Source: an uncultured archaeon | Lineage (GTDB): Archaea > Micrarchaeota > Micrarchaeia > Micrarchaeales > CABMGC01 | Length of the DNA: 32,000 bases | Assembly: GCA_963704435.1 (NCBI GenBank) | Contig: OY969902.1 | Location: 570,001-602,000 of the forward strand | Direction: 5' to 3' | Part shown: piece after piece, positions 24,955-32,000 of the stretch | Layout: every line of letters begins with the position of its first letter | Position numbering within the stretch: the stretch's first letter is position 1 | The notes under the pieces: model-generated | Databases searched by the model: none | Told to the model about the DNA's origin: nothing | Seen by the model: the letters and a program-made list of their open reading frames with translations, nothing else | Position numbers and translations under genes: made by a program

Positions 24955-26235
24955 GTGATCAGCTTGCAGATCGGCACACCGCGAGGAGTCAGAGACTTCG
25001 GTCCCAGCGAAGCGATATCCCTGAAGTACATCTCCGGCGTCGTGGAGGAGGTCTTCAAGAGGTTCGGATTCTATCCGATAGAGACGCCCGCGATAGAGAC
25101 GCTGGGCGTGCTCAACGCGAAGGCATACGGTGACGAATCCACGAAGGAGATATACAAGATCGACGGGGAGGACGCAGGCCTGCGCTACGACTTCACGGTC
25201 CCGCTGGCAAGGTACGTGGCGTCAAACAAGGACCTCCCGCTGCCCTTCAAGCGGTACCAGACGGGCGCGATATGGCGGAGGGACGAGCCGCAGAGGATGC
25301 GCTACCGCGAATTCCTCCAGGCAGACCTCGACATAGTCGGCAGCGCCGAGCCGGAGAGCGATGCCGAGGTTATAGCCGCGCCCGCGATCGCAATCGAGGA
25401 GCTCGGCATATCGAACTACATTCTTTTGCTCAACAGCAGGTCGATCCTGCGCAGCATACTGGAGTCCTTCAAGGTCCCCGAAGACAAGCACGCCCCGGTA
25501 GTGCGGGCGATAGACAAGATGCAGAAGTTGGGCAGGGATGCAACGGCGCAGCAGCTTGCTGCACTAGGGCTCGATGCGGAGGCGTGCGGCAGCATCCTGG
25601 GGTTCCTGGAGATGGAAGGGAACAACGATGAGAAGCTTGAGAAGCTGTGCGCGAGCGTGCCTGCGGCCAAGCCCGAGGCGGAGAGGATGGGCGGCCTGCT
25701 CAAGATGCTGGGCGCGTACGGGCTCAGGGGCAAGGTCGTCGTGGACTTCTCGCTAGCGAGGGGGATTGACTACTACACCGGATTCGTCTGGGAGTTCGTC
25801 CTCGAGGAGAACGGAAAGCGCCTACCGACCTTCTGCTCCGGCGGGAGGTATGATGGCCTTATCGGCCTCTACTCGGACCGGAGCGTGCCTGCGACAGGAT
25901 CGTCCATAGGGATATCGCGCGTCTTCGACATACTCGGAGTAGGAAGCCCGACAAGGACGCTCGCCAAGGTCTTCATAGCGTATGTGGGAGAGAACAGGGA
26001 CTACGCCATGAGCGTCGCGCGGGCGCTGCGCGGCAAGGGAATCTACACCGACATGAACTGCGTCAGGAGGGGCCTTTCCAAGCAGCTCGAGCATGCGAGT
26101 TCCCTCAAGGTCAAGTACGTCGCGATACTCGGGGACGTTGAGCGCGCGGCGAACACAGTTAAGCTCAGGGACATGCTCAGCGGAGAGGAGGAGATGCTGG
26201 GCGTGGACGCTGCAGCCGAGAAGCTCAAGATGTGA
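24955..26235 (+). CDS. hisS: Histidyl-tRNA synthetase
   Basis: PRGVRDFGPSEA, LRYDFTVPLARYVA, FKRYQTGAIWRRDEPQRMRYREFLQADLDIVG, GIDYYTGFVWEF, CSGGRYDGLIG; GTG start. Confidence 0.95.
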   Translation: MISLQIGTPRGVRDFGPSEAISLKYISGVVEEVFKRFGFYPIETPAIETLGVLNAKAYGDESTKEIYKIDGEDAGLRYDFTVPLARYVASNKDLPLPFKRYQTGAIWRRDEPQRMRYREFLQADLDIVGSAEPESDAEVIAAPAIAIEELGISNYILLLNSRSILRSILESFKVPEDKHAPVVRAIDKMQKLGRDATAQQLAALGLDAEACGSILGFLEMEGNNDEKLEKLCASVPAAKPEAERMGGLLKMLGAYGLRGKVVVDFSLARGIDYYTGFVWEFVLEENGKRLPTFCSGGRYDGLIGLYSDRSVPATGSSIGISRVFDILGVGSPTRTLAKVFIAYVGENRDYAMSVARALRGKGIYTDMNCVRRGLSKQLEHASSLKVKYVAILGDVERAANTVKLRDMLSGEEEMLGVDAAAEKLKM

Positions 26236-26239
26236 TGCT

Positions 26240-26755
26240 ATGGCGAAATCGGAGATGGAGGAGGTCACGCACAAGGCGCTCGCGAAGGGAGGCATACTGG
26301 CGAAGCTGTACTTCGACATGCAGAGCGACAAGCAGGAGGACCTGCAGCCGCTCATGGCCGACCTGCTCAACAACCGCCTTCTCAAGACTCCCGGAATCCT
26401 CTACTGCTTCGGAGGGATAGACGAGCCGATAAAGATGAAGGACACTTATTCGACGAGCGCAACGGTCACGGTGCTGTTCCAGGACCTGTGGTCCCTGGTT
26501 AACGTCGCATTCGTCTTCACTCCGGCGGGGGTCGAACTCATCAAGCCTGACAGGGAATACCTAATAAAGAGCAACGATTTGCAGTCGCTTCTGCTGAACG
26601 TTGCACAGATATCGCTCGAATACTCCCATTTCATACTCAGCAGGGCGCTGAAGAAGGAGGACTACGATAAGCTTGTGGATGACATCAAGCGCAGGGAGGA
26701 GCTGGGGAAGAAGCTGGTGGGAGAGAAAGGCCCGAAGCCGGGCCCGCAGAAGTAG
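26240..26755 (+). CDS. Conserved-looking archaeal hypothetical protein
   Basis: LAKLYFDMQ...TPGILYCFGGIDEPI...LQSLLLNVAQISLEYSHFIL; ATG closely follows the hisS stop. Confidence 0.6.
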   Translation: MAKSEMEEVTHKALAKGGILAKLYFDMQSDKQEDLQPLMADLLNNRLLKTPGILYCFGGIDEPIKMKDTYSTSATVTVLFQDLWSLVNVAFVFTPAGVELIKPDREYLIKSNDLQSLLLNVAQISLEYSHFILSRALKKEDYDKLVDDIKRREELGKKLVGEKGPKPGPQK

Positions 26756-26764
26756 GGCGGGAAC

Positions 26765-27259
26765 ATGGAAGGTACCGTCTGCCTGATAATCAAGGGCGAC
26801 AGAATCCTTATGAAATTGGCTGTCAGGGGGATAAGCGAAGGCAAGTGGAACTTCCCCGGAGGAAAGCTAGAACCCGGAGAAACTCCAAGGGAGGGCAACG
26901 ATAGGGAGGTCCTGGAAGAGACGGGATTGATCGTGTCCGACGCGCATTACCACGGAAAGCTCTTTTTCGCATTCGAGAACAGGCATGAGAAGGACTGGTT
27001 CGTCCACATCTTCTCCACAAGAAGCTTCAGCGGGAAGACTTCTGAAAGCGAGGAAGGGCCCCTGCAATGGTTCGACATCGCGGCCATGCCCGTCGAGCGC
27101 ATGTGGTCTGGAGACCGGATCTGGTTCCCAGCAGTCCTTGCAGGAAAGACGGTAAGCGGCAGCTTCACCTACGATGGAAAGGGGCAGAACCTGCTGAGCC
27201 ATGAATTCAAAGAGAATGACGACGCAGGGCATCCAAACGCTAAAACCACAGGGGGCTAG
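26765..27259 (+). CDS. NUDIX hydrolase
   Basis: Complete Nudix box GKLEPGETPREGNDREVLEETGL. Confidence 0.93.
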   Translation: MEGTVCLIIKGDRILMKLAVRGISEGKWNFPGGKLEPGETPREGNDREVLEETGLIVSDAHYHGKLFFAFENRHEKDWFVHIFSTRSFSGKTSESEEGPLQWFDIAAMPVERMWSGDRIWFPAVLAGKTVSGSFTYDGKGQNLLSHEFKENDDAGHPNAKTTGG

Positions 27260-27313
27260 CCCGACATATTTGAAATTTATGTCACGTTCATGGAGGGCCG
27301 TCAACTAGAGGAA

Positions 27314-27553
27314 CTAGGAAAATACGGTAATAAAAATAAACACTATGGCCATTGCAATTATTACAATACCTCCGATTCTAATCCGTATTACAGTTCCTCT
27401 GTCTGGAATATACGTCCCGCCCCTAAATAGTTCAATCATATTCTTTTGGAAACCAACCAATCCCGTTGGGCAAATTATGAAGATTACGCCTACCAAAGAC
27501 ATAACGCCGGTTCCTATCATCACAACTAATAGGGCAGCCCAATTCTGTATCAT
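27314..27553 (-). CDS. Small two-TM membrane protein, unknown function
   Basis: 79 aa with two hydrophobic stretches; AT-rich relative to surroundings. Confidence 0.5.
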   Translation of the reverse strand: MIQNWAALLVVMIGTGVMSLVGVIFIICPTGLVGFQKNMIELFRGGTYIPDRGTVIRIRIGGIVIIAMAIVFIFITVFS

Positions 27554-27646
27554 ATTGAAATTATTCTCCCTAAGTTATATAAGCGTTTCAACAGCACTTC
27601 GCGCATACGGCTCCTTTAACCATAAATAATCCCTGCTTTCTTACAT

Positions 27647-28747
27647 TCAAGTCCGACCTCTCAAGAAGAAGCGCCTGAGCATGACGCTCGGCCTGTCCAT
27701 GTCGCCGTACTTCGACAGGAAGGGCTCGATGCCCAGCGCCTTCGCCGCTTTTACAAGAAGCGCTAGATTACCGGCGCTCATCCCCGAATAGGCCCTGCTC
27801 AAGGTCCTATGCATCGCAAGATCCCTCCCAAACTTTCCGTTGAATGTCTTTTCGTACTCTTCTAGTTCGTTTCCGTTGTTTATGTGGTCGACTATCGCGC
27901 GCGCCGCGAGCAGTGCGCCATTCCCTCCAAAAACAATTCCCCCTCCAGTAGTCGGCTTTACCTGTCCCGCAGCATCCCCGACCAACAAAACCTCTTCCTT
28001 CCCGCTCACGATCCTTTTTCTCATGCGTAGTGGTATGATGCTAGCGTACCCGCTTAGCATCTTGCTATTCCCTATCGCTTCGGACACGTCGCTCACTTTC
28101 AGAAGCCTGTCGAATGCGGATTTGCTGTTTCCATTTCCCGAGTCGACGCCAATTCCCACCTCGAGCGTGCCCTTGGTTTTGGGGCACACCCAGCCAAAGA
28201 ACTTCGACGCAACCCTGTTGTCGAAGAACAGGTCCACGACTCTCTTGTCGCGTGGCTTGGCATCAAACTCTGCTTTATAAGTCAGAACGTGATCACCCAC
28301 TGGTCCCATCGAGAAATGCCTTGCGACTGAAGATATGGCGCCGTCCGCTCCCACAATTATGCTGTCCTTGTGCAGGCTCTCCAGCACCTTTGAATCGACA
28401 TTTCTGCCCGTGAGCACCTTTGCGCCCGCTCTGACGCTCTCTTCGTAGCACGCCAGATTCAGCTTCTCTCTGTCCAGCACGTGCGCCATCGGCTTCTCCG
28501 AAAGTATGCGCATTACTTCCTTCCCAGCGTGGATGTTCGCCCCATAAAGGGTGTTGGTCACTGCCTTGCGGTAGTCCATTCCGAGGCCCTTGAGGCCCTC
28601 TATTGATACAATGCCGCTCGCCTTCGGAGGATAGCCGAGTCTTTTCTTCTGCTCGTAGACGCGAGTGTCTATGCCCGAAGCGGCGAGGTATTTCGCCGCG
28701 ATGAGGCCTGCCGTCCCCGCGCCTATTACGGCGACTTTGCTGCGCAT
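27647..28747 (-). CDS. Geranylgeranyl reductase family FAD-dependent protein
   Basis: VAVIGAGTAGLIAAKYLA Rossmann motif, KASGIVS, VGADGAISSVAR, VLLVGDAAGQVKPTTGGGIVFGGNGALLAA. Confidence 0.88.
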   Translation of the reverse strand: MRSKVAVIGAGTAGLIAAKYLAASGIDTRVYEQKKRLGYPPKASGIVSIEGLKGLGMDYRKAVTNTLYGANIHAGKEVMRILSEKPMAHVLDREKLNLACYEESVRAGAKVLTGRNVDSKVLESLHKDSIIVGADGAISSVARHFSMGPVGDHVLTYKAEFDAKPRDKRVVDLFFDNRVASKFFGWVCPKTKGTLEVGIGVDSGNGNSKSAFDRLLKVSDVSEAIGNSKMLSGYASIIPLRMRKRIVSGKEEVLLVGDAAGQVKPTTGGGIVFGGNGALLAARAIVDHINNGNELEEYEKTFNGKFGRDLAMHRTLSRAYSGMSAGNLALLVKAAKALGIEPFLSKYGDMDRPSVMLRRFFLRGRT

Positions 28748-28810
28748 TGAACCGTATGGATTCGCGCTCTAAAGTTTATAATCCAGCATCAACGAACGGC
28801 TACCCGACCA

Positions 28811-28820
28811 TTTATATATT
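28811..28820 (+). promoter_or_regulatory. TATA box for aglB
   Basis: TTTATATATT. Confidence 0.6.
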
Positions 28821-28898
28821 TTATCTCACATACTCTGCTATTGGCTCGAGCTTGGGGGCTTGCCCGCAGGCCAATTGCACTAAACTGCTTGTGTTCTG

Positions 28899-31800
28899 AT
28901 GTCGCTCATACTGACCGCGCTAATCGCGTTCGTTTCGATAATAGTTCCGGGCTTCTTCCTGGCGCTCGCGCTACTGAGGAAGACCAAGCTCAACATGTTC
29001 GAGATAACCGTCATCGGGTTCATCTTCGGGCTGGTATTCCCTCCGACGCTGACGTGGCTCGAATCGTACCTGATCTCATACATCCACGCATTCTCGTTCT
29101 CGGCGCAGCTCTACATGGCTAACGTCGTCGTTCTCACCCTGGCAGGGATCGCGCTCTCCGTGCAGCAGGGCGCGATAAGCCTCGACTTCTCCAAGAGCAA
29201 TCCTTCCGCCAAGCCGAAGGCGGCCGCAGCCGCCTTCCAGGCGCATGGGGACTACCGGGAGAGGCTCGTCGAGCTGAGGGCCACGATCGCGTCCCTAAAC
29301 ACGGACATGGGCCTCGTGAAGGAGCACGAGAGGGAGGAGGACGCGCTCAAGTCAAGGCACAGGGCTGAGGTCGAGAAGCTCAGGGACGCAGGGCCCGAGG
29401 AGAGGTCGCGCATCGCGGAGCTTCACGCTGACGAGGAGAGGAGGCTCATCGAGGCCCATGAGAGGGAGGAGAGGGTCCTGCTTGACGGGACCTCGACGCG
29501 GGCAAGCCCTGAGGCAAAGGGAAAGGGCAAGGTCAACGCCTTCCAGGTAGTCCTCCTGATGCTGATGCTGTTCACTTTCGCAACGAGGATAGCCAACATA
29601 GGCACCGCGGCCAAGTTCTTCGAGTTCGACCCGTACTTCGACATGCAGAGCACTGAGTTCCTGCTGGTGCACGGCTACCAGTGGCTCTATGACCATTCGG
29701 CGTGGCCCACGGCGGTGAACGGCACAGTGCACAGGATAGAGCCCCTTGTGCCGTACCTCGAGGCGTACTGGTACCAGATATCAAACCCTCCCGCGCAGGC
29801 GATAAACCTGACGCTGCTCAGCAACGTGAGCAGCTTCTATCCTCCGATCGCGGCGGCACTGCTGGTCTTCGTGGTATTCATGTTCCTGGACCACGAGTAC
29901 GGCGAGAAGCCAGCGATAATAGGTGCCGCCTTGGCCGCCGCGATGCCCGTGCTCATAAGCACGTTCATAGCCGGAGAGCAGCTGGTCGAGCCTTGGGGGA
30001 TATTCGCCATGTTCTTCTTCTACGCGGCGTACCTGCTCGCAATCCAGAACCCGAAGGAGAAGAGGTACGCAGTCCTTGCGGGAGTCGCGTTCGCGTCGAC
30101 CTTCCTCGGAGCCCATTATTACACGGTGAATGCGGGAGTGTTCGCGATCTACATAGCGCTCCAGGGCCTCATCAACGTGGTGAAGAAGGAGAGCATGAGG
30201 GATTTCTACAAGATGAACCTGATAGTGATCGGAGTGATCCTCCTTTTCTTCCTGGCATTCAATCCCTACAACTCGGTGCTCGCGAACGCTGTGCCAGGAG
30301 TGCTAGGCGTGCCCGTGATTATCGCATTCCCTGTGCTCGCGCTGGCATTCGTGGTCATAGGGGAGCAACTGGTCAACCTCATCGCGCCCTCGCTTGAGAA
30401 ACAGACATCGGTGACATACGTGCTGTGCGCACTGTCAGGCGTCGGACTGGTCGCAGTGGCCTACGCCGCAATGAGCAACAAGCTCGGCAAGCTGCGCGAA
30501 GCGCTTTCGAGGTATGCCGTCCTGTCTGCGCTGGCCGTTGTGCTATTGCTGCTGATACTCCTGACCCCATTGGGCAATCCTGTAAACAGATATCTCGCCC
30601 TCAGCTCCCATTACACCACACCCTCCACGCCGCTCTTCATGACTGTGCAGGAGTACGCACCCACAGGACTGAACTACGACTACGGATCCGCGGGCTTCGG
30701 CATCATCGGGGCAAGCGTCCTCGGGGCCGACGTAATCGTATGGACGGTGCTGCTGCTCTTTTACGCCCTGGCGCTGTACGCCGTATTCAAGAGAAATTCG
30801 AAGACGGGCCTGCTCGCGATCGCCGCGGTATTCCCGCTGCAGGTCGCCGGCATGATAGAGGTGAAGTACCTGCCCCACCTCGGGGTCGGGTACGTGATTG
30901 CGATAGGGTTCATAATAGGGGAGCTCCTGCTCCTCATCAAGGATTCCAAGTCGCTTGACGCTTCAGCGAAAGGCAAGCTGTCCCGCGGCCTGTTCGCGGC
31001 GGCGATAGTCTTGGTGCTGCTAGAATCCATCTCCTTCGTCGGCCTGCTCTCCGCGGTGGGCCAGAGCTGCAGCACCATATCCGCAAACGGCAACTCCATA
31101 GGCTATTCCATCCTCTGCAATACCATCCCCAACTACTGGCTCCAGGCGACAGCGTGGATGTCTAAGAACGTCGGGCCCTTCGCCCCCAGGGTGCTCTCCT
31201 GGTGGGACTACGGCGACTGGATAAACTGGTTCGGGAACAGCAATGCTGTGCTGAGGGGCGACAATTCGGTGGCGGCGCTGGACCTCGCGACCGCCGCGAG
31301 GTACGTCCTCGGGTCCAGCGACGGCTACGGGCCCCAGAACCTGGCCAACTTCTCCAACAGCGTGCAGGCGAAGTATGTGCTGTTCGACGACCAGCTCACG
31401 CAGAAGTGGCAGGCTCTCGACTTCCTCGCGTGCGTCGACGTGAACCAGACCAGCAGGGCGTATGCGATCCAGGCTGCGAACGGCACCGGCAGCCCGTACG
31501 TGCTCGGCGAGTCGCAGTGCGAGCTGTCGCACTCACCCGCATACCTGTACGTGCCGGTTAGCACGAGCAACATCAACAACTACTGCCAGCTCAAAGACTC
31601 CAATGTGACCGCGGTCAAGACCCTTATGTCAATCGGGAACGGGCTCTCGAACCAGACCTACTGCACGCCCCTCACGAATTCCTCAGCGCCGACGGTGCTG
31701 CTGTATCCCAACGGCACCGCGACCAACATACTCCTCATCTCGCAGCAGCAGTTCTTCTTCGGCCTCTACAACATAGGCGGCCAGCAGTTCCTGGACTTCA

Positions 31801-32000
31801 TGGCGTTCTACCTGCCCAACGGCCCCAACGGCACCATAACCGACGCGCCCACCGAGTTCTACAACTCGAACTACTACCGCGGGTTCTATCTCGGGAAGCT
31901 GCCAGGCTTCACGATAGTCTACCCGGCGAACTTCACAGGCATAAACTACGTGAACGGGACGCACCAGGTGGTAATATACAGGGTTAATAACTACACAGGA
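28899..32000 (+). CDS. aglB: AglB/STT3-family oligosaccharyltransferase, 3' end beyond the window
   Basis: Hand translation: FEFDPYFDMQSTEFLLVHGYQWLYD (first acidic motif), many TM helices, RVLSWWDYGDWINWFG (WWDYG catalytic-site motif). Open to 32000, hence absent from the ORF track. Confidence 0.92.
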   Translation, partial: MSLILTALIAFVSIIVPGFFLALALLRKTKLNMFEITVIGFIFGLVFPPTLTWLESYLISYIHAFSFSAQLYMANVVVLTLAGIALSVQQGAISLDFSKSNPSAKPKAAAAAFQAHGDYRERLVELRATIASLNTDMGLVKEHEREEDALKSRHRAEVEKLRDAGPEERSRIAELHADEERRLIEAHEREERVLLDGTSTRASPEAKGKGKVNAFQVVLLMLMLFTFATRIANIGTAAKFFEFDPYFDMQSTEFLLVHGYQWLYDHSAWPTAVNGTVHRIEPLVPYLEAYWYQISNPPAQAINLTLLSNVSSFYPPIAAALLVFVVFMFLDHEYGEKPAIIGAALAAAMPVLISTFIAGEQLVEPWGIFAMFFFYAAYLLAIQNPKEKRYAVLAGVAFASTFLGAHYYTVNAGVFAIYIALQGLINVVKKESMRDFYKMNLIVIGVILLFFLAFNPYNSVLANAVPGVLGVPVIIAFPVLALAFVVIGEQLVNLIAPSLEKQTSVTYVLCALSGVGLVAVAYAAMSNKLGKLREALSRYAVLSALAVVLLLLILLTPLGNPVNRYLALSSHYTTPSTPLFMTVQEYAPTGLNYDYGSAGFGIIGASVLGADVIVWTVLLLFYALALYAVFKRNSKTGLLAIAAVFPLQVAGMIEVKYLPHLGVGYVIAIGFIIGELLLLIKDSKSLDASAKGKLSRGLFAAAIVLVLLESISFVGLLSAVGQSCSTISANGNSIGYSILCNTIPNYWLQATAWMSKNVGPFAPRVLSWWDYGDWINWFGNSNAVLRGDNSVAALDLATAARYVLGSSDGYGPQNLANFSNSVQAKYVLFDDQLTQKWQALDFLACVDVNQTSRAYAIQAANGTGSPYVLGESQCELSHSPAYLYVPVSTSNINNYCQLKDSNVTAVKTLMSIGNGLSNQTYCTPLTNSSAPTVLLYPNGTATNILLISQQQFFFGLYNIGGQQFLDFMAFYLPNGPNGTITDAPTEFYNSNYYRGFYLGKLPGFTIVYPANFTGINYVNGTHQVVIYRVNNYTG

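Noticed and set aside
28840-28880. tRNA-like fold upstream of aglB
   Set aside because: No complete D/T arms or acceptor stem could be drawn; treated as a leader hairpin only.
1-32000. CRISPR arrays, transposases, integrases, toxin-antitoxin pairs or defence islands
   Set aside because: Read for these specifically; no regularly spaced repeats, transposase/integrase motifs or recognisable defence genes were found.

Overview
Compact, high-GC archaeal chromosomal window, almost entirely protein coding. It looks like a Micrarchaeota/ARMAN-type DPANN archaeon; the main support is a single-chain, three-unit tRNA-splicing endonuclease. Content: radA, dphB, a flippase-like LPG-synthase-type membrane protein, the fused endonuclease, two PRC-barrel genes, two thymidylate-kinase paralogs (one with a degraded P-loop), tRNA-Glu(TTC), a COG1395-type HTH regulator, a GxGD prepilin/preflagellin peptidase, ilvE, pth2, priS, rpl15e-pcc1-like, a shortened L3-L4-L23-L2-S19-L22-S3-L29-SUI1 cluster, and the exosome/proteasome superoperon (psmA-sdo1-rrp4-rrp41-rrp42-rpl37ae-ORF-rpoP). 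These are followed by trx, hisS, a Nudix gene, a geranylgeranyl reductase and a 3'-truncated aglB/STT3. Several supported genes are missing from, or truncated in, the ORF track: rpoP (44 aa), a histone-fold gene with no ATG/GTG/TTG start, the upstream part of a Pcc1-like gene, and the long aglB frame that runs off the window. The most interesting signal is a well-formed C/D-box sRNA candidate (24407..24455, minus strand). It has its own TATA-like box and lies directly upstream of the histone-fold gene. No CRISPR, transposon or obvious defence system was seen. All homology calls come from reading motifs by eye; no database search was run.
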